Of a stretch of DNA of 64,000 bases, positions 15,001 through 20,353 are shown one piece after another; within the stretch, counting starts at the first letter, position 1; every line of letters starts with the position of its first letter. Made by a program: the position numbers and the translations under genes. Below the pieces are notes generated by a model that saw only the letters and a program-made list of their open reading frames with translations, made no database searches and was not told the origin of the DNA. Origin of the DNA: Nitrosopumilus sp. (GTDB lineage: Archaea; Thermoproteota; Nitrososphaeria; Nitrososphaerales; Nitrosopumilaceae); assembly GCA_965204345.1 (NCBI GenBank), contig OZ241981.1, positions 448,001 to 512,000 of the forward strand, read 5' to 3'.

Positions 15001-15193
15001 TTGACAGTATGTCATCAATATCGGCAAGCACGCCGTTGGTAAAATCGACAAAAATTTCATTATCAGTAAGGGATATGGTTACAGCATCAATTCCAGGATA
15101 TGGCGAAAAGAGCACGGCAAGTACGGCTATCGCTACTGCTAGTGCTCCAAATTCCCGTTTAGATTTGGATTTAATACTTGTAATACTAACCAT
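1..15193 (-). CDS. Giant surface/adhesin-like protein 1 (partial, 3' end beyond the left window edge; >=5064 aa): N-terminal signal/anchor, propeller-like insert, WTTHFSSFG domain, long Ig-like stalk
   Basis: ATG at 15193 (MVSITSIKSKSKREFGALAVAIAVLAVLFSPYPGIDAV, paralogous to the N-terminus of 20354-36331). The same frame is still open at position 2 (..FDVARGSSDGTVIPSIAAGVA). The ORF track omits it because it has no stop codon in the window. Confidence 0.9.
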   Translation of the reverse strand, partial: MVSITSIKSKSKREFGALAVAIAVLAVLFSPYPGIDAVTISLTDNEIFVDFTNGVLADIDDILSIELSISDPATNDGLTLPPTPATLTSLVGTSANISSATDFAVDQSGDYVIADNGNGKLIGLSANGTESDIADIPNIIAVANQPGGTGNLVVATSDGVISQVSPDGTVTELEDTATGITDMIVDGAGNYVTVNSNTNTPQGNAFDVVESATGSYVYVSNAGTGGTLYQVDAGDTVTVIATGITNDNTDPLAVKIASNGDYVVAGGSSITRVTPSGDVTVVIDDVGFVIHDLFVGSSNNNRITVMGSAGQLSLVLPGSAFNPEISPDDLSVLRVVLNPGDSDEVVAFFDLFGNRLSNALAANFGQTADVEGKIVALNFNGITSTLSSGLGTGPSGYGYSSSSDPLAQDVKANYDIKVNSGLLKEGDNTIQIDILPSVSSPPDDITTFTSTFTNNITGTAAEINVPVGSDDGGVTFTPSSDLSTLNVISNTLPGTIAASDGQLLDFTTAPTFDDQGGVKSVRVSDSAVNITSDVSSATVSVSYPDGIIVSGSSDDWAGTITVPSVSTAAPPSPDNDVTGLVFSVGDGNNRLTFDQAVRLLLPGQAGQDGAFFSGEDADGLVVSRPLTECSFVPVNQDNANTNLAAGTALESCFTRAGSDMIIWTTHFSSFGSFSASGPASTVLLSTTANPISNLDTISFTATFSGNVTDFELGDITVTGTANGGTPVASNLTGSGTEYTFDVVRGTTDGTVTVSIAAGTVTSGGVGVTASNEVTVEIDTKIPTVSLIHPRYANSNTLTFGVVFAETVFGFNEAEFSLAGVQATNLRGSDRNYQFDIVHSFTDGTFSPSLPSNVAFDAAGNGNGPSSIIQITLDFTPPTPSITTTASTLTNAETVPFKVNFDEDVPSFELDDITVTGTANGGSPAASNLVGSGSVYTFDVARGTTDGTVTVSIDADMLTDLAGNNNVASPSSVTVTIDTDNPGITAVPANGTITNSNPVEFTITLTENVVEDLTSGDITVTGTANGGTPAISSFEGSGNTYTFDVARGSTDGTVTVSIAADTITDAAGNTNEAFATTVTIDTTVSNFLPPVPAVPPVITLERPTLTPPTFSLDDHFTDPDGDTLSYTITTEDCGARITQESNGGIFEFLPFFVHTCTISFDISDGTDASTGGAYAVTIIVEFDPIPTIITDLNIEVQPDQSRTVVLDVNELFEDNKELAFSATGHESNDCTSAIITVQDPPTTLSFDPNDDSAEQCEVRVRVNDGNRDDAIYDITIQYVSAVTVSLSTTANPITNLETIPFTATFGSDVTGFVQSDIVVAINGTETPNLISAFSGNGTDYAFTVTHGIATQGELTVTIPDGAVAGGNTASTTTLTVDRIVPTVSITPINGTITADDPVTFTATFSEDVQNFILDDITVTGTANGTNPTAANFVTVNARTYTFDVARGSTDGTVTVSIAADTITDAAGNTNEAFATTVTIDTTVSNSLPPVPAVRPIINGGIPVLNPITFSLDDHFVDPEGDPLTYIDIASGACSGGVRHESGTISFTPFSPQECTITFNISDGKDTSTGSPYAVDIVVTLNNAPVVIGDLTINVQPHESRIVTLDVTEIFEDEDGDQLLFVDNSPASLDCTDSTVTFGDPATTITFDPVDNLAEQCNIRLSISDNHRIADHLFTINYLLNPTVSLSTTANPVTSSTTIPFTATFSGNVTDFELGDITVTGTANGGTPAASNLAGSGTEYTFDVVRGTTDGTVTVSIAAGTVTSFGNDVTASNEITVEIDTARPTAALSAPSITNSTTIPFTVTFSEDVTGFTDADFALGGINATNIQTVDARTYTFDIVHSEDDATISGTLPENLAVDAAENGNLASDSISVIVDRIRPTPTITTTTSTVINADTVPFTVTFDENVNDFVIADITVTGTANNGTLTATDFVAVDASTYTFNVAGISSDGDVTVSIAADVATDLAGNNNVASPSSVTVTIDTTVSNSLPPVPAVRPIINGGIPVLNPITFSLDDHFVDPEGDPLTYIDIASGACSGGVRHESGTISFTPFSPQECTITFNISDGKDTSTGSPYAVDIVVTLNNAPVVIGDLTINVQPHESRIVTLDVTEIFEDEDGDQLLFVDNSPASLDCTDSTVTFGDPATTITFDPVDNSAEQCNIRLSISDNHRIADHLFTINYLLNPTVSLSTTANPVTSSTTIPFTATFSGNVTDFELGDITVTGTANGGTPAASNLAGSGTEYTFDVVRGTTDGTVTVSIAAGTVTSFGNDVTASNEITVEIDTARPTAALSAPSITNSTTIPFTVTFSEDVTGFTDADFALGGINATNIQTVDARTYTFDIVHSEDDATISGTLPENLAVDAAENGNLASDSISVIVDRIRPTPTITTTTSTVINADTVPFTVTFDENVNDFVIADITVTGTANNGTLTATDFVAVDASTYTFNVAGISSDGDVTVSIAADVATDLAGNNNVASPSSVTVTIDTTVSNSLPPVPAVRPIINGGIPVLNPITFSLDDHFVDPEGDPLTYIDIASGACSGGVRHESGTISFTPFSPQECTITFNISDGKDTSTGSPYAVDIVVTLNNAPVVIGDLTINVQPHESRIVTLDVTEIFEDEDGDQLLFVDNSPASLDCTDSTVTFGDPATTITFDPVDNSAEQCNIRLSISDDHRIADHLFTINYLLNPTVSLSTTANPVTNSTTIPFTATFSGNVTDFELGDITVTGTANGGTPAASNLAGSGTEYTFDVVRGTTDGTVTVSIAAGTVTSFGNDVTASNEITVEIDTARPTAALSAPSITNSTTIPFTVTFSEDVTGFTDADFALGGINATNIQTVDARTYTFDIVHSEDDATISGTLPENLAVDAAENGNLASDSISVIVDRIRPTPTITTTTSTVINADTVPFTVTFDENVNDFVIADITVTGTANNGTLTATDFVAVDASTYTFNVAGISSDGDVTVSIAADVATDLAGNNNVASPSSVTVTIDTTVSNSLPPVPAVRPIINGGIPVLNPITFSLDDHFVDPEGDPLTYIDIASGACSGGVRHESGTISFTPFSPQECTITFNISDGKDTSTGSPYAVDIVVTLNNAPVVIGDLTINVQPHESRIVTLDVTEIFEDEDGDQLLFVDNSPASLDCTDSTVTFGDPATTITFDPVDNSAEQCNIRLSISDDHRIADHLFTINYLLNPTVSLSTTANPVTNSTTIPFTATFSGNVTDFELGDITVTGTANGGTPAASNLAGSGTEYTFDVVRGTTDGTVTVSIAAGTVTSFGNDVTASNEITVEIDTARPTAALSAPSITNSTTIPFTVTFSEDVTGFTDADFALGGINATNIQTVDARTYTFDIVHSEDDATISGTLPENLAVDAAENGNLASDSISVIVDRIRPTPTITTTTSTVINADTVPFTVTFDENVNDFVIADITVTGTANNGTLTATDFVAVDASTYTFNVAGISSDGDVTVSIAADVATDLAGNNNVASPSSVTVTIDTTVSNSLPPVPAVRPIINGGIPVLNPITFSLDDHFVDPEGDPLTYIDIASGACSGGVRHESGTISFTPFSPQECTITFNISDGKDTSTGSPYAVDIVVTLNNAPVVIGDLTINVQPHESRIVTLDVTEIFEDEDGDQLLFVDNSPASLDCTDSTVTFGDPATTITFDPVDNSAEQCNIRLSISDNHRIADHLFTINYLLNPTVSLSTTANPVTSSTTIPFTATFSGNVTDFELGDITVTGTANGGTPAASNLAGSGTEYTFDVVRGTTDGTVTVSIAAGTVTSFGNDVTASNEITVEIDTARPTAALSAPSITNSTTIPFTVTFSEDVTGFTDADFALGGINATNIQTVDARTYTFDIVHSEDDATISGTLPENLAVDAAENGNLASDSISVIVDRIRPTPTITTTTSTVINADTVPFTVTFDENVNDFVIADITVTGTANNGTLTATDFVAVDASTYTFNVAGISSDGDVTVSIAADVATDLAGNNNVASPSSVTVTIDTTVSNSLPPVPAVRPIINGGIPVLNPITFSLDDHFVDPEGDPLTYIDIASGACSGGVRHESGTISFTPFSPQECTITFNISDGKDTSTGSPYAVDIVVTLNNAPVVIGDLTINVQPHESRIVTLDVTEIFEDEDGDQLLFVDNSPASLDCTDSTVTFGDPATTITFDPVDNSAEQCNIRLSISDDHRIADHLFTINYLLNPTVSLSTTANPVTNSTTIPFTATFSGNVTDFELGDITVTGTANGGTPAASNLAGSGTEYTFDVVRGTTDGTVTVSIAAGTVTSFGNDVTASNEITVEIDTARPTAALSAPSITNSTTIPFTVTFSEDVTGFTDADFALGGINATNIQTVDARTYTFDIVHSEDDATISGTLPENLAVDAAENGNLASDSISVIVDRIRPTPTITTTTSTVINADTVPFTVTFDENVNDFVIADITVTGTANNGTLTATDFVAVDASTYTFNVAGISSDGDVTVSIAADVATDLAGNNNVASPSSVTVTIDTTVSNSLPPVPAVRPIINGGIPVLNPITFSLDDHFVDPEGDPLTYIDIASGACSGGVRHESGTISFTPFSPQECTITFNISDGKDTSTGSPYAVDIVVTLNNAPVVIGDLTINVQPHESRIVTLDVTEIFEDEDGDQLLFVDNSPASLDCTDSTVTFGDPATTITFDPVDNSAEQCNIRLSISDDHRIADHLFTINYLLNPTVSLSTTANPVTNSTTIPFTATFSGNVTDFELGDITVTGTANGGTPAASNLAGSGTEYTFDVVRGTTDGTVTVSIAAGTVTSFGNDVTASNEITVEIDTARPTAALSAPSITNSTTIPFTVTFSEDVTGFTDADFALGGINATNIQTVDARTYTFDIVHSEDDATISGTLPENLAVDAAENGNLASDSISVIVDRIRPTPTITTTTSTVINADTVPFTVTFDENVNDFVIADITVTGTANNGTLTATDFVAVDASTYTFNVAGISSDGDVTVSIAADVATDLAGNNNVASPSSVTVTIDTTVPTVTITPADGTRTSDNPVTFTATFSEDVQNFELGDITVTGTVNGTNPAATNFATVDARTYTFDVARGSSDGTVIPSIAAGVA
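248..10772. repeat. Seven tandem copies of an exact 1500-bp (500-aa) unit within giant protein 1
   Basis: Lines recur at +1500. Differences seen: 4116/8616/10116 (t>c), 4204/8704/10204 (c>t), 10242 (g>a), plus a synonymous g/a at the ends (266, 10766). Confidence 0.98.
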
Positions 15194-15220
15194 ATGAATA
15201 AATTTACAGTAAAAACGACA

Positions 15221-15229
15221 TTAATAAAA
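15221..15229 (-). promoter_or_regulatory. Putative TATA box (TTTTATTAA) of giant gene 1
   Basis: Lies 28 bp upstream of ATG 15193; the same 9-mer sits 25 bp upstream of giant gene 2. Confidence 0.5.
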
Positions 15230-15323
15230 CCTTTGATCATTTTGGCATGCCCCCCCCCCGAGTTTATAAGCAAGACTGCAGGATGGGTGATTTTCTTAAA
15301 AAAAAATACCAGAATTTTAAAAT

Positions 15324-15722
15324 TTAATCAATCAAAAGCGGGATTGAGTTGCCATTACTGTCCCACGCAAAAATAGAATCGTCATTGTAGGGGGATTTTA
15401 CAATTACTGAGACTAGTCCAAAGAAATTATGCAAGTCAGTTACAGACGGCTCTGCTGAACCGCTAGGATGAGAATGGACAATCCCGACATAGCTCATATC
15501 AAAGGGCAGAAACGAATGTGGAAAACCTGCAAAAGTAGGCCCGGTCTCACTAAAGGGAGGAATTACCAGACCGTTTATCGTTATTTCCCCATTTTTTGAC
15601 TTTCCTTTTAAGATCAGAATTCCTTCATTGGGATGCTTCATCTGGCAAAAAGAGAGAATGCTGTCAAGGACATCCTTTTTTATCAATACTTTGCGTTCAA
15701 ATTTTTTCCTTTTAAATAACAT
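15324..15722 (-). CDS. JAB/MPN/Mov34 (JAMM) domain protein
   Basis: N-terminal E plus HSHPSGSAEPSVTD JAMM motif. Confidence 0.85.
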   Translation of the reverse strand: MLFKRKKFERKVLIKKDVLDSILSFCQMKHPNEGILILKGKSKNGEITINGLVIPPFSETGPTFAGFPHSFLPFDMSYVGIVHSHPSGSAEPSVTDLHNFFGLVSVIVKSPYNDDSIFAWDSNGNSIPLLID

Positions 15723-15753
15723 AACAGCACTCCAACGTCAAACTAATTTAATT

Positions 15754-17046
15754 TTAGGAGGTCAGAAGGACATAGTGTATGTTTGAGAACTGCCTTAATT
15801 TTTGCTCAATTTCCAAAATCAGTTTGGGTATCTTAGAGTCAGTCTCATCAATTTCGCCTTGGAGGGTTTTGGATTTTAGTTTAGAACCATCTAGCAAGGC
15901 AGCATTTTTGGCAAGATCAGACTCAAATGAGATTAGCTCATCAGACATCAGAGAACCTAGGTCGTCTTTGATCTTCTCATGTTGTTTATAGTAATCTGAA
16001 ATCTGCCTGACAAACCCGTCCAGTGATTCTTCTATCTCGGTAATTTGAGAGGATGTCTTATCAACATCCTTTACGGAGATGGAACCAGAGAAGACGCCTT
16101 TTCTGACATTTTCAAGAATTATTATAACAGAATCTTTGTTCTGAGGTGTCAGAGCATCAAAGGGTTCTGAAACCAGGGTAGACAGTATACTTTTTTGTTC
16201 CTTATCAAGGGAGGACGCATACTCGTAACGGCTCAGGGGACGGGAGATTTTTGTAAATTGGGTATTGATGTCATTTTTGATCTTTGATTTTTTTGTTGCA
16301 AATGTGTTTAATTTGGCTTTTAAGTCAACATAGCTTTTGTATCTGTCCGAGGATTTGATCTTTTCAATCTCGCTTTGTATGGATGTAATTTTTTCAGAGA
16401 GTGCAAAAAGAGTGTTTTGAATTTCGGAGATTTTTTTGGATTTTTCCTGGCGTGAATTAGTCAAGTGAGCAATTTGATCAAGTCCATCAGTAATTTCATC
16501 AGAAAGCAGTTTTGCCGAATTAAAATTTTTTAGGAACTTGCGAATCTCAGAGTGATTGGCGTTCATGACCTCAAGGTTTTCCTTTAGCTGTGATGCATAT
16601 TTTTTTGCAAAGATATGAATGACCCGGGTCTGTCGCCCCAGAACATCCCCTATTTTTTTGAGAGTTTGGCCCAGTACAACGTTTAGTTTCTCAGCATCAT
16701 CAAAGGATTTGATTTTCGGCAGAGAGACGACATTTTTTTTCATTACGTCAATGACTTGTTTTTTGCCCCTAACAACAATAATGGCAAGATGCCTGTCAAT
16801 ATCATCGACATTAAGATTGTCTTTTTCAAGGACATTGGCAATTTTTGCCAAGTCATCAATGAGTGGCTGGGTATTATTTCTTATGTTGTTAATTTCAGAT
16901 AGAGTCTGGGATTTCCTTAATTCAACAAGCTCAGATAGGATTTTGGGGACATCAGCAAGTGAAATCTCCCTAGTAGCTTGCGGGACTTTTTCAGCAGGCT
17001 CTTCTTTCTGTTTTTTCTTGCCCCATCCAAATACCATTGATATCAT
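15754..17046 (-). CDS. Coiled-coil conserved hypothetical protein
   Basis: 430-aa ORF, K/E/L-rich heptad composition. Confidence 0.7.
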   Translation of the reverse strand: MISMVFGWGKKKQKEEPAEKVPQATREISLADVPKILSELVELRKSQTLSEINNIRNNTQPLIDDLAKIANVLEKDNLNVDDIDRHLAIIVVRGKKQVIDVMKKNVVSLPKIKSFDDAEKLNVVLGQTLKKIGDVLGRQTRVIHIFAKKYASQLKENLEVMNANHSEIRKFLKNFNSAKLLSDEITDGLDQIAHLTNSRQEKSKKISEIQNTLFALSEKITSIQSEIEKIKSSDRYKSYVDLKAKLNTFATKKSKIKNDINTQFTKISRPLSRYEYASSLDKEQKSILSTLVSEPFDALTPQNKDSVIIILENVRKGVFSGSISVKDVDKTSSQITEIEESLDGFVRQISDYYKQHEKIKDDLGSLMSDELISFESDLAKNAALLDGSKLKSKTLQGEIDETDSKIPKLILEIEQKLRQFSNIHYVLLTS

Positions 17047-17113
17047 TCACATCGGGGGATTAAAAATTGTTGTACAGCTAAGATTTAAAATTCACCGAGT
17101 TTTAGAGGGATAA

Positions 17114-17614
17114 ATGGCAAAATCCACCAAAAAAGGGTTTCATACCGGAACAGTCAGAAAAACCACCAAAAAAGGGTTTCATACCGGAACAGTCAGAAAA
17201 ACCATCAGAATTAAGGCATCAAAAGACAGAGTATGGAGAAAGATCAGCAACATTGCAGGGCTGCCAGCATGGGTGGCAGATGTCAAAAAGACAGTCTATT
17301 TATCAAAAAAGAAAACAAACGTAGGAGCTGTCAGACTGATTACGTTTGCAGACGGAAATAGGATTGAAGAGCATGTTGTGGCATGGGAAAAGGGAAGATA
17401 TTTCACGTACGTTGCAACCAATGGTCTGCCTCTAAGGGCATATGTTGCAACAATATCAATCAAGCCAAAAGGCAAGAGTCTTGTAGAACTGACATGGCAG
17501 TCATACCTAAACAGTAAAAAAATGCCTGAACGCAAGTTCTTAGATTTTGTGGTATTTTTAGGAGCGTTTTATGAGACATCGCTTGAAAACCTAAAAGAAC
17601 TGCTTGAAAAATAA
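17114..17614 (+). CDS. SRPBCC (START-like/polyketide cyclase) family protein
   Basis: TIRIKASKDRVW..I..LPAW and VGAVRLITF..EEHVVAW patterns. Confidence 0.75.
   Translation: MAKSTKKGFHTGTVRKTTKKGFHTGTVRKTIRIKASKDRVWRKISNIAGLPAWVADVKKTVYLSKKKTNVGAVRLITFADGNRIEEHVVAWEKGRYFTYVATNGLPLRAYVATISIKPKGKSLVELTWQSYLNSKKMPERKFLDFVVFLGAFYETSLENLKELLEK
17124..17204. repeat. 39-bp in-frame tandem duplication (TKKGFHTGTVRKT x2)
   Basis: ccaccaaaaaagggtttcataccggaacagtcagaaaaa at 17124 and 17163, with no spacer. Confidence 0.95.
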
Positions 17615-17653
17615 CAAATCAAAGTGTAAATACAGCAAACCATTAAAAAAATC

Positions 17654-17989
17654 ATGAGTGACATGAGATTTGTCATCATTGGGATTGGCTTGGTTTTTGC
17701 AGGCTTTATCATACTAGGAGGGTTTGGAGATGCCTATCGGGCAGCTACAATAGAGTCAAACGAGTTTGGGACATGCTATGAGTATTCTGATAGTGCGGCT
17801 CCCTTGGAGATTGACTGCTCATTTAAGATATTTGATCAGGTAGTATTCTTTGGAATAGTTGCAGGCCTTATTGCAGGAGGCATCATTGCATTGCTCAAGG
17901 GTGCAAGGGGCAACTGGGACAGTAAAATAAAACCCAAAGACATGGTGGGACCAGGAAACAGTCAAAACGAAAAATCAGGCAAGGACTAA
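17654..17989 (+). CDS. Small two-TM membrane protein
   Basis: Two hydrophobic segments flank a Cys-pair loop. Confidence 0.7.
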   Translation: MSDMRFVIIGIGLVFAGFIILGGFGDAYRAATIESNEFGTCYEYSDSAAPLEIDCSFKIFDQVVFFGIVAGLIAGGIIALLKGARGNWDSKIKPKDMVGPGNSQNEKSGKD

Positions 17990-18075
17990 TCTTGTTTTGC
18001 AGATTCTAGGCCCTCATGATCATCAGGGCTATCTTCTTCTTCTAGTCTTTGAAAACATGCTTTCTTACAAGGCAT
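17986..18075 (-). CDS. Possible 29-aa microprotein (MPCKKACFQRLEEEDSPDDHEGLESAKQD)
   Basis: ATG...TAG read manually; CxxxC start and acidic tail; below the ORF-track cutoff. Confidence 0.35.
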   Translation of the reverse strand: MPCKKACFQRLEEEDSPDDHEGLESAKQD

Positions 18076-18159
18076 TTTATTTGAGATGTATTGCAAAATT
18101 TCACATTTAACCCTGAAGAGCTATTTGTGCTTTAATAGGCATGCAGTGACAAAAAAGAA

Positions 18160-18540
18160 TCAAGGCTCTGATTCGATGATATTTTTCATCGTCTCAAACA
18201 TCTTGCCAATCTCACTCATTCTTTGATCAAATTGTTCGTCATTAATTTCTTCAGGCTTGTTCAAAGTAATTATGACCTCTGAATAGTCGCCATTTGAGAC
18301 TACACGCATCGGGACATCCCAAGAGGATTCCTCATCAGTATATCGGTGATCCAAAATTCCAAGGGATTTGTTTTCATTAAACTTTAGTTGGGATTTTCCA
18401 TGAGGCCCGGTAAATGACCACCAACCTGCATCGTTGATTTTTGCATCAGGCATCAGCTTGGGAGGCATCTGCAGTATGGCATCAAAGGCATCCCCTGTTC
18501 TCTTTTTTACAGTTATAGAAATAGTCCTAGATCTACTCAC
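18160..18540 (-). CDS. Conserved hypothetical protein, SRPBCC-like fold
   Basis: SRTISITV..LGILDH..VPMRVVSNG..EVIITL pattern. Confidence 0.65.
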   Translation of the reverse strand: MSRSRTISITVKKRTGDAFDAILQMPPKLMPDAKINDAGWWSFTGPHGKSQLKFNENKSLGILDHRYTDEESSWDVPMRVVSNGDYSEVIITLNKPEEINDEQFDQRMSEIGKMFETMKNIIESEP

Positions 18541-18605
18541 AAAACATATGATCTGTAATGATTAAAAAGGATATAGTAGCAATCAGGGGAGAGCAATATT
18601 AAGGA

Positions 18606-18782
18606 TTATTTGTTCAAAAATTCTTTGATCTTCTTCAAGTTGGCAACATTTGATTCTTGAAACATCACCATGGATTCAGACAAAGAGTCAGGCAGAACAG
18701 TCTTGAGATTATCAACTAGGTCATTGCCGCTAACAATCATATTATCAATGAGCTTATCAATTTCAGTTTTCTTATCAGCCAT
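18606..18782 (-). CDS. Small hypothetical protein, 58 aa (MADKKTEIDKLIDNM...KEFLNK)
   Basis: Manually translated open frame with helical composition; below the ORF-track cutoff. Confidence 0.65.
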   Translation of the reverse strand: MADKKTEIDKLIDNMIVSGNDLVDNLKTVLPDSLSESMVMFQESNVANLKKIKEFLNK

Positions 18783-18875
18783 TTGAATAGTGTATTAGTT
18801 AGTTGTAATTAAAATTATGTAAAATCGCATGCAGGGGATGGCATTACGTCAGACAGCAGCTAGCTGTAAAAATAT

Positions 18876-19093
18876 AGTCTAGCAGAATCCCTACTGCTGT
18901 GTCAGTTTCTTGCTTAAGACTGCCTGGTACTAGCACCGGTTTTGCTAGCGCATGCAGGATGCCTCTCTCTCTCAAAGAGATGCTGACCTGCCCATCTGTG
19001 TGCGTGAATTGCGCAGGGACGTTAGGCATCACTGCTGTCTGCCCTGCCACACCTGCCTGAAAACGTTGTGGAGTTACAGGATATCCCAAGATA
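18876..19093 (-). pseudogene. Degenerate remnant of the C-terminus of a giant surface protein gene
   Basis: Aligns by eye, with indels, to 20351-20570 including the stop region; encodes QFTHTDGQV versus QFTHTDEQV in giant 2. Confidence 0.8.
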
Positions 19094-19143
19094 TCAGCAT
19101 TATATCAGGGCATAGTCAGGTATCAGCAGCTAATAGTGTGACT

Positions 19144-19377
19144 TTAGTTGTCTTTTTTTATCAGTGTGGCAGTGGACCGTACCTTTTTTAATTTTTGAAT
19201 GTTCCACGAAACAATTTCACGTATCTTTTCAAAATTTTCGGCCTGAAGCTTTACCAGCATGTCATGAGTTCCAATGGTTTCAAAGACATCCACAACCTGA
19301 TCAAGCTCTTTTAGCTGCTCAATAATATCAGACTCTGCACCCAATTCACAGTTGAGCATAACATAGGCATCAGTCAT
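19144..19377 (-). CDS. Lrp/AsnC ligand-binding (RAM) domain protein
   Basis: MTDAYVMLNCELG..IGTHDMLVKL..VRSTATLI; ATG 19377 preferred over the 19395 start. Confidence 0.85.
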   Translation of the reverse strand: MTDAYVMLNCELGAESDIIEQLKELDQVVDVFETIGTHDMLVKLQAENFEKIREIVSWNIQKLKKVRSTATLIKKDN

Positions 19378-19420
19378 AAGATAGGCAACAATCAATCATT
19401 ATTTAAAGATGGAGAATTTT

Positions 19421-19540
19421 GGATTCTGTTGCGTTTATGAGAAATATACACGAATCTGCTTGATCGCACCAGTTTTAATCAAAGACCTGCAAATGGACTG
19501 GTAAATTCCAGCGATCAGATCATCGGAGTTTGCCAGACCC
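19421..19540. mobile_element. Degenerate MITE-like element copy
   Basis: Contains the taaattccagcgatcagatcatc core shared with 36419 and 54177; left end ggattctgttgcg is the reverse complement of the end at 54290-54302. Confidence 0.6.
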
Positions 19541-19600
19541 GCAAAGACAACTGATGCCATGATGATAATAATGATCAGATTGCCAATCTTCCTTAAATAA

Positions 19601-19903
19601 TTACAAGTCAGAGATCAGTCCAGAAAGAAACATGTGAAATTCCTCGTCATTAAAAGTAATTGTTTCAAATTTATTTTCACTCCTAGCTAGCTGTGCAGAC
19701 TCCAAGTGATAGCAGGCAGTTTTGCCATGTAGCTTGCCAAAATAAAATCCAGGACAGGAACAATAGCGGGCGCCAGGATCAATCCAGTGCTCCCTGCTTT
19801 TTCCAACCACTGTCCAAATCTTTGTCTGACTGGGCTCAAAAACATGTAATTTTACACGTTTTTGAGAGACAAATGATTGGATTCGTTCCAGGTCTTTGTC
19901 CAT
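19601..19903 (-). CDS. SWIM zinc-finger protein
   Basis: YCSCPGF...CYH motif. Confidence 0.8.
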   Translation of the reverse strand: MDKDLERIQSFVSQKRVKLHVFEPSQTKIWTVVGKSREHWIDPGARYCSCPGFYFGKLHGKTACYHLESAQLARSENKFETITFNDEEFHMFLSGLISDL

Positions 19904-20353
19904 ATGTGTTAATAGATACCCATAGTATAACTATGATGTCACAAAAAGGACAAACCCATAAGAATCAGCCTTAATTAGATGATATGAAAAAATATAGTCT
20001 TGCAGTTACTTATATCCACATAGTATTTGAGGGTAACACGATATCAAAGGGGATTTTCGCAGGTAAAAATTCAAGTGCAAATGAATCAGTCAAAGGATTA
20101 ACAAGGACACTGGTAATATATAAAAAAAAGGCCAGATTATGCAATTTTGTGAGACAGTGAGAGGGCCGTTGTTTCCAATGCAGGGATTAACTAAAGCTTG
20201 TTTGGGTTGTGGTACTTTTATTTTCAAACTTTTGGATTGCCAAAGGATGCAGATAAAAGATGTTGCAAGGCAGATATGATAAACTAGGAGAAAACAACTT
20301 TGCAGTCTAATAAATCAAAAGTACCTGTAAAATAGCAAAGAATTAGAAAGAGT

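Noticed and set aside
18-15197. Many plus-strand Val/Thr/Ser-rich and Cys/Tyr-rich ORFs
   Set aside because: They are antisense shadows of giant gene 1 and recur every 1500 bp with the repeat.
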